IMG/VR virus record: IMGVR_UViG_3300036857_000120
Reading direction: 5' to 3' (one strand)
Length of the DNA stretch: 20,000 nt
DNA from: an uncultured virus (IMG/VR IMGVR_UViG_3300036857_000120)
Lineage: Duplodnaviria > Heunggongvirae > Uroviricota > Caudoviricetes
Shown here: positions 1 to 7,892 of the stretch, piece after piece
Position numbering within the stretch: the stretch's first letter is position 1
Layout of the letters: each line of letters opens with the position of its first letter
Notes under the pieces: model-generated
The model's database searches: none
Seen by the model: only the letters and a program-made list of their open reading frames with translations
Told to the model about the DNA's origin: nothing
Position numbers and translations under genes: made by a program

Positions 1-383
1 TCGCGTGGTCGGTCGGGGTCGCGCACCAGGACGACTATCCGCGCGAGATTCCGCTCGAGCTCCTCGTCGCGGCGATTGGCGGTCCCGACGTCGAGCTTCA
101 CAGCGTCCAGACGCAAGGCGGCGAGGAGGCGACGGCGCATGGCGTCGTCGCGCACGAATTCCGGGACTTCATGCAATGCGCGGATCTCATGATGCAGATG
201 GACGAGATCGTCGCCATCGATACGGCGGCGCTCCATCTCGCCGGAGCCATCGGTCATCCGAAGGTCACCGCGCTCTTGTCGCACTGGCATTCCTGGAGAT
301 GGGACGCGCCATGGTATCCGACCATGAAGCTCGCAATCCAAAAGTCGCCCGGGGATTGGGCGAGCGCGCTCGCGCAATGTTGA
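1..383 (+). CDS. Glycosyltransferase family 9-like (heptosyltransferase-like, GT-B) protein, C-terminal part; 5' end outside window
   Basis: The frame is open from base 3 to TGA at 381-383: AWSVGVAHQDDYPREIPLELL...FRDFMQCADLMMQMDEIVAIDTAALHLAGAIGHPKV..LL..WHSWRW..PWYPTMKL..QKSPGDW. DxxxxxDTxxxHLAGAxG and WRW...PWYPxM are typical of GT9-like C-terminal domains, often TPR-fused. The ORF track shows only the last 70 aa. Confidence 0.8.
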   Translation, partial: AWSVGVAHQDDYPREIPLELLVAAIGGPDVELHSVQTQGGEEATAHGVVAHEFRDFMQCADLMMQMDEIVAIDTAALHLAGAIGHPKVTALLSHWHSWRWDAPWYPTMKLAIQKSPGDWASALAQC

Positions 384-967
384 CCCTCCCGATCACGTCG
401 CGGAACGAATTGCCGCCGATCCAGCCGGTCAATTGGGCGGGCTTGCCGCGCGAGTATCTCAACGCCGGAGAGTTGGAGATCATCATCGCCCTGGTTCGCT
501 CCATCGATCCGAAGATCATGGTCGAGATCGGGCTCGCGGCCGGAAGGACGGCGAAAGCAATCCTCCGCGAGCTTCCGGATCTGGAGCGGTATATCGGCGT
601 CGACACCGATCCCGGATATCGCACGAAACTGTCGAGCCAATGGACCGAGCGCGGCGCAAATCCCGGTCATCTCGCGCTCGCCGATTCGCGCTTTGACCGA
701 TGGCTTCTGCCGCGCGGATCCCTCGATCTCATTGCGGATGATTTCCCGGAGATCGACGCGATGTTTATCGACGGCGATCATTCGAGCGAGGCGGTCCGCC
801 ACGATAGCAATCTCGCGCGTTCCGTCGTGCGGCCGGGAGGGATCATCCTCTGGCACGACTACCACAATCACGGCGTCGAGGTGACGCGCGTCCTCGAGCT
901 CGACCGCGATCTCGGTTGCGATATCCGCCACGTCGAGGGGACTTGGCTGGCATACGAAAGGCGATGA
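377..967 (+). CDS. Class I SAM-dependent methyltransferase (Methyltransf_24-like)
   Basis: Motifs VEIGLAAGRT, YIGVD, FIDGDHS and VRPGGIILWHDY. ATG 377 overlaps the upstream stop (ATGTTGA). The ORF-track extension 5-376 overlaps the glycosyltransferase and is rejected. Confidence 0.85.
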   Translation: MLTLPITSRNELPPIQPVNWAGLPREYLNAGELEIIIALVRSIDPKIMVEIGLAAGRTAKAILRELPDLERYIGVDTDPGYRTKLSSQWTERGANPGHLALADSRFDRWLLPRGSLDLIADDFPEIDAMFIDGDHSSEAVRHDSNLARSVVRPGGIILWHDYHNHGVEVTRVLELDRDLGCDIRHVEGTWLAYERR

Positions 968-2034
968 CCATGCAGCAACAGGAAAGCGTCGTTCCGTTCA
1001 AGCGCGAGGCCGCGTTGCAGCTGCCGCCCGCAAATCAATTCGTCCGCGTCCTCGCCGCGCGGATCATCGCGCAATGTGCGCGGACCTCCGCGCTCGACGT
1101 CATGCGCGCTCGCTTCCCGAATGATCGCGTCGCCGCGGAGTGGATCATGCGCGCGGCAGTCGCGCCCGCGATGACCAGCGTCGCGGGATGGGCCGCGGAG
1201 CTCGCGCCGACGATGGTCGCGGATGGATTGACCGCGATGGGTCCAGCATCGGCCGCGCGCGAAATTCTCTCGCGCGCCTTGCGCCTCTCGTTCGAAGGTC
1301 TCGGCCATATCACCGTCCCCGGTCTGGTCGCGGACTTCGGCAATACCGGATGGGTCGCCGAGGGCCAGCCGATCCCGGTCCGCGGATTGACCCTGTCGCC
1401 GAAGACAATCGATCCGCACAAGCTCGCCGTGATCGTCGTCCTCACGCGCGAGATGATCGAAAGCAGCAACGCCGAGGCGCTCGTCTCCGACGCATTGATG
1501 AAGGGCGCGGGCCGCATCGCCGACGAGATCCTATTCGACGCCAATCCCGGCGACGCCGCGCGTCCGCCAGGTCTCCGCAACGGCGTGGCCGCGACGACGC
1601 CGAGCGGGAACACGGATGCGGAGCAAGCGGCGCTGGAGGATATCGCCGCGCTCATTAACGCGCTCGCGCCAGTCGCGGGGAATGGTCCCTATCTCCTCGT
1701 CGGATCGCCCGGGCGGGCGGCGATGCTCGCGCTCAAATTCGGCAACACCGACAACGTCACATTCCTGGGGTCGAGCGCGGTCATCAATGACCTCCTCGCC
1801 ATCGCGCCGGAGGCGCTCGCCATGGCGGCGTCGCCGGAGCCGATGATCGAGACCTCGACGGCGGGGACGGTCGTGATGGACGACACCGCGCCCGGGGCGG
1901 CCGGGGCGGCGGGGCCGGAGCGATCCATATTCCAGACCGATTCCATCGCGATCAAAATGCGCTGGCCGCTGAGTTGGCAACTAAGGGATTCCAGAGGTTT
2001 TGCATGGATGACCCCGGCGTGGAAAACGCCATAG
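964..2034 (+). CDS. HK97-fold major-capsid-like protein (paralogue 1; no protease, no obvious scaffold coiled coil)
   Basis: ATGA overlap with the methyltransferase stop. Contains GWVAEGQPIPV, HKLAVIVVLTREMIESS, RPPGLRNGV and RSIFQTDSIAIKM, each with a clear counterpart in the capsid domain at 3229-4674. Confidence 0.85.
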   Translation: MTMQQQESVVPFKREAALQLPPANQFVRVLAARIIAQCARTSALDVMRARFPNDRVAAEWIMRAAVAPAMTSVAGWAAELAPTMVADGLTAMGPASAAREILSRALRLSFEGLGHITVPGLVADFGNTGWVAEGQPIPVRGLTLSPKTIDPHKLAVIVVLTREMIESSNAEALVSDALMKGAGRIADEILFDANPGDAARPPGLRNGVAATTPSGNTDAEQAALEDIAALINALAPVAGNGPYLLVGSPGRAAMLALKFGNTDNVTFLGSSAVINDLLAIAPEALAMAASPEPMIETSTAGTVVMDDTAPGAAGAAGPERSIFQTDSIAIKMRWPLSWQLRDSRGFAWMTPAWKTP

Positions 2035-2147
2035 GCGCGGTACGGTGCGGCGGAGATTGGCGCGGCTGGCGATGCGACGGGCCGGAAGCCGCAGTTTAGA
2101 TCATTCAAATCGCTTGCGGTAGGACGGTCCCCGTCGCGGCGGGAAAC

Positions 2148-2189
2148 GGGGGGCGGGCGTCCTCGTGTCCTCCTGGACGTTCGCTCCCC
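2148..2189 (+). ncRNA. Candidate structured RNA: 15-bp stem with a CCUCCU-containing loop
   Basis: GGGGGGCGGGCGTCC (2148-2162) pairs with GGACGTTCGCTCCCC (2175-2189) using three G-U pairs that only form on the + strand. The loop is TCGTGTCCTCCT. Confidence 0.4.
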
Positions 2190-2195
2190 ACCGAT

Positions 2196-2243
2196 AAAAA
2201 AAGCGCCGCAGTCCGGGGAGGCCAATCCGACGGACCGCGGCGC
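2196..2243 (-). terminator. Putative intrinsic terminator on the minus strand
   Basis: 13-bp inverted repeat 2203-2215 / 2231-2243. Its single + strand A-C mismatch becomes a G-U pair on the minus strand, followed there by U7 (A run 2196-2202). The 15-nt loop is long for a terminator. Confidence 0.5.
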
Positions 2244-2358
2244 AGGGCCGATCCCGTTCCGTGCGGCGGTCGAGGATCGGCGGGCTCTATGGACAGAGCG
2301 CGCGGACGCTAGGCCGATTCGCCGGATGCCAGCAACCCGGACGCGGGAGGGTTTCCCC

Positions 2359-4674
2359 ATGCCGATGAAGCCGCACAAGGGCGAGAGCGAGTCGGAATTC
2401 ATGAACCGATGCGTCCCGGAGATGCTCGCGTCGGACAGTAGTCGGAGCAATGAGCAAGCCGTCGCGATCTGTGCCGACATTTGGGACCGCCGCGACAAGT
2501 CGGAGATCCGTCAACCTCCTCCGGTCGATCCGGGCGAGAGCCATGGCGAATATATCGACCGTTGCGTCGAGCAATTGGTCGACGAGGAGGACCTCGACGA
2601 GAGCGAGGCCGAAGATATTTGCGAAATGGAATGGGAGAACCGCATGACGACGCCGGTCATCACGAAGACTCACGCCGACGCGAGCGCGGGCGATCCGCTG
2701 TCCTTCGTTCTCTCCGATGCAACGCCGGATCGTTACGGCGACGTCATCGTCGTCGACGGGTGGCAACTCGGAAACTTCAAAAAAAATCCGGTCGCACTGT
2801 TTAGCCACGACCCGAAATTCATCGTCGGCCGATGGAAAAATCTCCGCGTCGAGAGCAATGGTCTCCGCGGCGATCTGGAGCTCGCGCGCGAGGGGACGTC
2901 GGATCGGATCGACGAGATCCGTCGTCTCGTCGAGGCCGGGATCCTCAAAGCGGTCTCCGTCGGTTTCAAGCCGCTCGAGCACGAGCCTATCGACAAGGAA
3001 GATCCTTGGGGCGGCGTGCGCTACACCAAATCCGAGCTAGTCGAGACTTCACTCGTGGCCGTTCCCGCAAATCCAAACGCGCTCGCGGTCGCGAAAAGTT
3101 TCGGCGTTTCTCCCGACACCTTGCGGCTCGTCTTCGCCAAGCATGGCACGGAAGACGAGACGACCAGGCGGCGGGACCTCCGCGCCAAGCATGGCGAATC
3201 GCAGCATCGAAACGACAGGAGGGGAGCGATGACGCTCGCCCAACGCATCCAGAATATCGAGGCGTCGATTGTCGCCAAGCGCGACGCGCTCGACGCGCTA
3301 CTCGCGAAGATGGACGACACCGACGTCAAGGACGCCGAGCTTACCGAGATGAACGATCTCAACGCCGATCTGGCTCGCCTGGAGAGGGCGCACGCCGGAT
3401 TGATCGAATCCGAGAAGCGTCTCGCGAAGGGCACCGACGGCGGCGGCAACGGCGACAACCGGAGTCGTGAGCTCACCGTCGTTCATGACCAGCGTCGCCC
3501 CACCAACGGCAACGGCCAGGAGCGCCGCGAGGAGATCAGAACTCCGGCCGTACATTCGCGCGGCAAGCCGAAGGACTTCACGCTCGTCGATCTCCTCGCC
3601 CGCGCGGGCGTGGTGACGATCCGCGCGAAGGAATGGAACATCCCCATGGAGGCCGCACGCGCGCGCATCTATGGCGATGACCTCGAGACCCGCGAGGTTT
3701 GCGACATTGTCTGTCGGTCCGCGGTCGCTCCGGCGATGACGACGGTCACCGGATGGGCGGCCGAGCTCGTCCAGCCGCGTTACGAGGCGATGCTCCCGCT
3801 CCTCATGCCGAGAGCATTGTTGACGCGGCTCGCTCCTCGCGGCCTCTCGCTCGACTTCGGCACCGCGGGCAAGATCGTCATCCCGGGTCGCCAGCGCACG
3901 CCGGCGCTCGCCGGATCCTTCGTCGGCGAAGGAATGCCGATCCCCGTCCGTCAAGGCGCGTTCACGTCGATCCAATTCACGAGAAAGAAGGTCGGCGTCA
4001 TCTCCGTCTGGACGAAGGAAATGGAAGACGCGAGCACGCCAGCCATCGAGGGCGTGATCCGCGAGGCGATCCAGGACGACACCAGCGTCGTCGTCGATAG
4101 CATCTTGATCGACGCCAACGCCGCGACCGTGATCCGGCCCGCCGGTCTTCTCAACGGCGTTGCCGCGCTCACGGCGACGACCGGCGGCGGACTCAACGCG
4201 CTCGTCGGCGATATCCTCCAACTCGTCGGCGCGATCACGACCGCGAGCTATGGCAATATCCGCAATCTCGTCTGGCTCGTGAATCCGGCGCAAGTCCTCT
4301 CCGCTTCCTTGACCGGCGCGGCGGCGACCGGCGTCTATCCGTTCAAGGAGGAGATCAGTCGCGGCACGCTCGCGAATATTCCGTTTATCGACTCGGCGAC
4401 CGTCCCGGCGAAGACGATGATCCTCGTCGACGCCGCGGACTTCGTCTCCATCGGCGGAGGCGCGCCGCGCTTTGATATCTCGGATTCTGCCACGATTCAC
4501 ATGGAGGACACGTCTCCGGCCGAGCTTGTCGGCACCGGCTCGCCCGGGACCGTCGCCTCGCCGCAACGGTCGCTGTTCCAGACCGACTCGCTCGCCCTCC
4601 GGATGGTCATGCCCTTGAATTGGGCGATGCGTCGTACCGGCATGGTCGCCTGGACTCAAAACGTAACGTGGTAA
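2359..4674 (+). CDS. Fused HK97-type prohead protease / major capsid protein with an N-terminal duplicated Cys/Trp module
   Basis: SD GGGAGG at 2345-2350 before ATG 2359. Protease motifs DRYGDVI, KKNPVALFSHD, GILKAVSVGF and ELVETSLVAVPANPNAL. These are followed by a coiled-coil, delta-like segment (MTLAQRIQNIEASIVAKRDAL...) and a capsid domain (FVGEGMPIPV, KKVGVISVWTKEM, RPAGLLNGV, RSLFQTDSLALRM). Confidence 0.92.
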   Translation: MPMKPHKGESESEFMNRCVPEMLASDSSRSNEQAVAICADIWDRRDKSEIRQPPPVDPGESHGEYIDRCVEQLVDEEDLDESEAEDICEMEWENRMTTPVITKTHADASAGDPLSFVLSDATPDRYGDVIVVDGWQLGNFKKNPVALFSHDPKFIVGRWKNLRVESNGLRGDLELAREGTSDRIDEIRRLVEAGILKAVSVGFKPLEHEPIDKEDPWGGVRYTKSELVETSLVAVPANPNALAVAKSFGVSPDTLRLVFAKHGTEDETTRRRDLRAKHGESQHRNDRRGAMTLAQRIQNIEASIVAKRDALDALLAKMDDTDVKDAELTEMNDLNADLARLERAHAGLIESEKRLAKGTDGGGNGDNRSRELTVVHDQRRPTNGNGQERREEIRTPAVHSRGKPKDFTLVDLLARAGVVTIRAKEWNIPMEAARARIYGDDLETREVCDIVCRSAVAPAMTTVTGWAAELVQPRYEAMLPLLMPRALLTRLAPRGLSLDFGTAGKIVIPGRQRTPALAGSFVGEGMPIPVRQGAFTSIQFTRKKVGVISVWTKEMEDASTPAIEGVIREAIQDDTSVVVDSILIDANAATVIRPAGLLNGVAALTATTGGGLNALVGDILQLVGAITTASYGNIRNLVWLVNPAQVLSASLTGAAATGVYPFKEEISRGTLANIPFIDSATVPAKTMILVDAADFVSIGGGAPRFDISDSATIHMEDTSPAELVGTGSPGTVASPQRSLFQTDSLALRMVMPLNWAMRRTGMVAWTQNVTW

Positions 4675-4734
4675 AACCCGCGGCCTAGGTCGCGAGTTGA
4701 AGGGCTGGAGACGGGTCGCATCCCGCGGCCCGTC
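4675..4734 (+). promoter_or_regulatory. Two stem-loops directly after the capsid stop (possible mRNA stabiliser or attenuator)
   Basis: AACCCGCGGC-CTAG-GTCGCGAGTT (4675-4698, imperfect) and GACGGGTCGC-ATCCC-GCGGCCCGTC (4710-4734, 10 bp with one G-U). No U-tract follows. Confidence 0.4.
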
Positions 4735-4757
4735 AATCCACAACAGGAGACGAAGAC

Positions 4758-5066
4758 ATGACAGACGATCCCGCCACCGAAGCCGCGCGCAAGCGCGTCG
4801 CCGAAGACAAGGAGCTCGTCGAGCGTTCGCGCGCGGAATATGCCGAGCGCACGAAGGGCAAGCCAACTCCGACGCAAGAGGAGTGCGATCTCGCCGTCTC
4901 CGGCGCGCACGTCGTCGAGAAGGAGGACGACGGATCCGGACCGGACCCGTCCGATCCGCGCAATCGGGAGGCGCATCAACGCCACCAGACGGCCCGCCCC
5001 GCGCCCGCGAGCGGCGGATATGCAACGCGGCAGACGACGCCGCGGCCGACGACGCGCTCCGAATAA
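4758..5066 (+). CDS. Small charged hypothetical head-region protein
   Basis: SD CAGGAG at about 4744-4749. Fills the gap between capsid and portal, and its TAA overlaps the portal ATG (TAATG). Confidence 0.75.
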   Translation: MTDDPATEAARKRVAEDKELVERSRAEYAERTKGKPTPTQEECDLAVSGAHVVEKEDDGSGPDPSDPRNREAHQRHQTARPAPASGGYATRQTTPRPTTRSE

Positions 5067-6547
5067 TGAACGCGCTCGCTCGCATCGCGCGAGTCCTCGC
5101 TCCCTTCGTCGCGAAAGCGGCGGAGGGAGAGTTTCGTCCTGGGCCGTACTATCTCCCGATCAGCGGGGGATATCTCCCGGACGGCGTTCCGACGAACTTC
5201 TGGCAATGCGCCATCGATCCGCAAGGGAGCGGCGCGCGCTCCGCGATGGTCGAGGCATGCGTCTCCGCCTATAGCCAGACCGTCGCAATGTGTCCGGGCA
5301 ATCACTGGCGCTCGAATTCAAAGGGCGGCCGGGATCGCGTCGACAATTCCGCATTGATGCGGATCATGCGCCATCCGAATGACTATTCGTCGATCTCCGA
5401 CTTCATGCTCAACGCGACGCGCATGCTCTACCTCGAGGGCAACGCCTATGCGCTCGCTCTGCGGAATTCGCGTTTCGAGGTCGACTCGCTTCATCTCATG
5501 GATTCGCGCCAGTCATATCCGCAGATCGCGGAGACCGGCGACGTGTTCTATCATCTCGCCGGGAACGAGATCATCCAGCGTCGGCTCGACATGATGGGCG
5601 GCGGGAAATTGATCGTCCCGCAACGCGACGTCATGCATATCCATTTGCACAATGATCGGCGGCAACCGTTCCCGATCCGCGGCGAGTCCCCGCTCTTGGC
5701 CGCGCTCGCGGAGATGGCGGCGACGGACGCGATCAAACAACAGCAAATCCAATTTTACATAAACCAGGCGCGGCCCTCCGCCGTGCTCTCGACCGATCTC
5801 GTCCTCCCGCGCGAGAAGGTCGCCGAGCTCCGTCAAATGTGGATGGAGCAAGCGAAGGGCCTCGACGGATGCGGCCCGGGCGGCGTCCCCATTCTCACGG
5901 CCGGACTCAAGGTCCAGCCATGGGCGGTCGTCGGCAAGGACGCGCAAGTCGCCGAGGTCATGAAGATCAGCAATGACCAGATCGCGCTTGCGTTCCGCAT
6001 CCCGCTCCAGATCCTAGGGCTCGCGTCGACCGCCTATCAATCGACCGAGGCGCTCATGCAATTGTGGATCGCGAGCGGTCTCGGGTTTGCGCTCAATCAT
6101 ATCGAGGAGAGTTTCGGTCTCCTGTTCGGATTGAAGGGCGTCCCCGACGAATATCTCGAGCTCGATACGTCGGCGCTCCTTCGCTCCATGTTCAAGGATC
6201 GGATCGAGGGACTCGCGCGCGCGGTGCAAGGCGGGATCCTCGCGCCGAATGAAGCGCGCAACCTTGAAGGATATGACGACGTGAAATTCGGGGACGAGCC
6301 TCGTGTCCAGCAGCAAGTCGTCCCATTGTCAGCTGCCGCGTCGATTCCAGTGAAGCCTCCAGGCGCTCCGGGTCCCGGCGCGCATCCGCCCGCTCCTCCC
6401 GCTCCCGGCGCTCCTCCGTCTGCCGCGGGCGAAGGAGATCAACCGAAGGACTACGACGACAATGTCCGACGGAACATCGCTCGAAGCCTTATCGCCTCCG
6501 CCGACGAACACCGCAGACGACGCACGGCGGCTCTCCGTGCTCAATGA
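5066..6547 (+). CDS. HK97-family phage portal protein
   Basis: VEACVSAYSQTVA, HPNDY...F...LYLEGNAYAL, VMHIH, GESPL, FYINQARPSAVL, IALAFRIP and GILAPNEARNLEGY, plus a Pro-rich C-terminal tail. Start at ATG 5066 by translational coupling; the ORF-track extension from 4697 is rejected. Confidence 0.92.
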   Translation: MNALARIARVLAPFVAKAAEGEFRPGPYYLPISGGYLPDGVPTNFWQCAIDPQGSGARSAMVEACVSAYSQTVAMCPGNHWRSNSKGGRDRVDNSALMRIMRHPNDYSSISDFMLNATRMLYLEGNAYALALRNSRFEVDSLHLMDSRQSYPQIAETGDVFYHLAGNEIIQRRLDMMGGGKLIVPQRDVMHIHLHNDRRQPFPIRGESPLLAALAEMAATDAIKQQQIQFYINQARPSAVLSTDLVLPREKVAELRQMWMEQAKGLDGCGPGGVPILTAGLKVQPWAVVGKDAQVAEVMKISNDQIALAFRIPLQILGLASTAYQSTEALMQLWIASGLGFALNHIEESFGLLFGLKGVPDEYLELDTSALLRSMFKDRIEGLARAVQGGILAPNEARNLEGYDDVKFGDEPRVQQQVVPLSAAASIPVKPPGAPGPGAHPPAPPAPGAPPSAAGEGDQPKDYDDNVRRNIARSLIASADEHRRRRTAALRAQ

Positions 6548-7892
6548 CGGATTGCGCGACGCGCTAGGCGAAACGATCCAGATCCTCCGGGAGCAATGGG
6601 AGCGCGAATATGCGCTGATGGAGATGCATGCGCGCACGACGCTCGCCGAGCTTCGCGCGCAACAGGTCGAGCGGCTCGCCGCGCTCGACGCCGCATCGCG
6701 CGTGATGATGGAGGAGCTCGGCGCAAGGGTCACGGCGCGGCTCGCACAAGTGAAGGACGGCGCGCCGGGAGCCGAGGGGCCAGCGGGTCCCGTCGGTCCC
6801 ATCGGCGAGAAGGGAGATCGCGGCGATGCGGGAGAACAGGGGCCAGCGGGTCCAGCGGGCGATCCGGGAAGGCAAGGCGATCCGGGCGCGAAGGGCGATG
6901 CGGGAGCAATGGGAGATCGCGGCGCGGACGGTCCTCCTGGAGCCGTCGGGCCTGTCGGTCCGTCTGGTCCTCCGGGCGAGGTCGGGCCAGCGGGCACGAG
7001 CGGCGAGCGAGGTCCCGACGGTCCTCCCGGCGAGCGCGGAGAAAAGGGAGACCCCGGCGACGTCGGCGCTCCCGGCGCGAAGGGCGAGACCGGAGATCGC
7101 GGCGCTCCCGGCGAGCGCGGAGAGGCGGGGCCGGAAGGTCCTACCGGAGCCACAGGGGCGGCCGGAGAAGCCGGTCCCGCGGGGCCGCAGGGGGAGAAGG
7201 GGGACCAAGGTCCCGAAGGGCCTCCGGGCCGTCCTGGAGAAGCGGGCGCGGCCGGTCCGGGCGGAGCCGAAGGTCCCGCGGGAGCCGCGGGTGACGTCGG
7301 TCCAGCGGGTCCGCGCGGCCTCGTCGGCGAGCGGGGAGAGATCGGACCAGCGGGGCCGGAAGGGCCTCCCGGGCCGGTCGGCGTTCTCCCGGCCGTAACG
7401 GCATTCGAGGCGGAGCGGGTCTATTACCGCGGCGACGTCGTCGCGCATAAGGGCTCGACGTTCCAGGCGCGCAAGGACACCGGCCAAGCGCCGCCGCACG
7501 GCGACTGGATCCCGCTCGCGTTCCGCGGCGTCGACGGCGTCTCGCCGAAGCCGCGCGGGACCTGGACGGCGACGGAGGCATATGCCGCGCTCGATATCGT
7601 CGCCAGCGACGGCGCATCGTTCATCGCGCTCCGCGATCTCCCCGGTCCGCTCCCGGGCGAGGGCTGGCAACTCCTCGTCCGCCAAGGTCGGATCGGACGA
7701 GCGGGGCCGCAGGGCGAGCCGGGGCCGAAGGGCGAGCGCGGAGATCCGGGCGCGCCCGCGCCGTCGATCATCGGATGGAAGCTCGACCGCGAGACCTATC
7801 GCGCGACGCCGATCCTCTCCGATGGCAAGCGCGGACCAGTGCTCGAGCTCCGCGGCCTGTTCGAACAATTCCAATCGGAGACGCGGGCATGA
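6462..7892 (+). CDS. Collagen-like protein (N-terminal coiled coil, 70 GXY triplets, two small beta modules, short second GXY run)
   Basis: GXY is uninterrupted from 6759 to 7388. It is followed by FEAERVYYRGDVVAHKGSTFQA...GDW and GTWTATEAYAALDIVASDGASFIA...GWQLL (resembling CBM5/12-type repeats) and about 8 further triplets. Start uncertain: ATG 6462 with AAGGA upstream, or GTG 6537. Confidence 0.85.
   Translation: MSDGTSLEALSPPPTNTADDARRLSVLNDGLRDALGETIQILREQWEREYALMEMHARTTLAELRAQQVERLAALDAASRVMMEELGARVTARLAQVKDGAPGAEGPAGPVGPIGEKGDRGDAGEQGPAGPAGDPGRQGDPGAKGDAGAMGDRGADGPPGAVGPVGPSGPPGEVGPAGTSGERGPDGPPGERGEKGDPGDVGAPGAKGETGDRGAPGERGEAGPEGPTGATGAAGEAGPAGPQGEKGDQGPEGPPGRPGEAGAAGPGGAEGPAGAAGDVGPAGPRGLVGERGEIGPAGPEGPPGPVGVLPAVTAFEAERVYYRGDVVAHKGSTFQARKDTGQAPPHGDWIPLAFRGVDGVSPKPRGTWTATEAYAALDIVASDGASFIALRDLPGPLPGEGWQLLVRQGRIGRAGPQGEPGPKGERGDPGAPAPSIIGWKLDRETYRATPILSDGKRGPVLELRGLFEQFQSETRA
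6759..7388 (+). repeat. Collagen Gly-X-Y repeat region (9-nt periodicity, 70 triplets)
   Basis: Counted from the translation, GAP GAE GPA ... GPP GPV GVL, with no interruption. Confidence 0.95.

Noticed and set aside
5..376. N-terminal 124 aa of the ORF-track 320-aa protein
   Set aside because: Arg-rich shadow frame overlapping the glycosyltransferase; the methyltransferase most plausibly starts at ATG 377.
964..2034. Encapsulin with enzyme cargo
   Set aside because: The protein closely parallels the neighbouring phage capsid and sits in a full virion module; no cargo-loading peptide was recognised.
2090..2120. AT-richer patch as a promoter
   Set aside because: No convincing sigma70 or sigma54 consensus with correct spacing.
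3298..5085. Long minus-strand ORFs (this one, and e.g. 6564-8141, 16931-18418, 18462-19721)
   Set aside because: Antisense shadows of well-supported + strand genes in GC-rich DNA, with no recognisable motifs.
6329..7153. Minus-strand Pro/Gly/Ser periodic ORF
   Set aside because: Mirror image of the collagen codon periodicity.
6759..7388. Repeats as a CRISPR array or DGR template/variable pair
   Set aside because: Periodicity is explained by GXY coding; no constant repeat-spacer structure and no cas or reverse transcriptase gene in the window.
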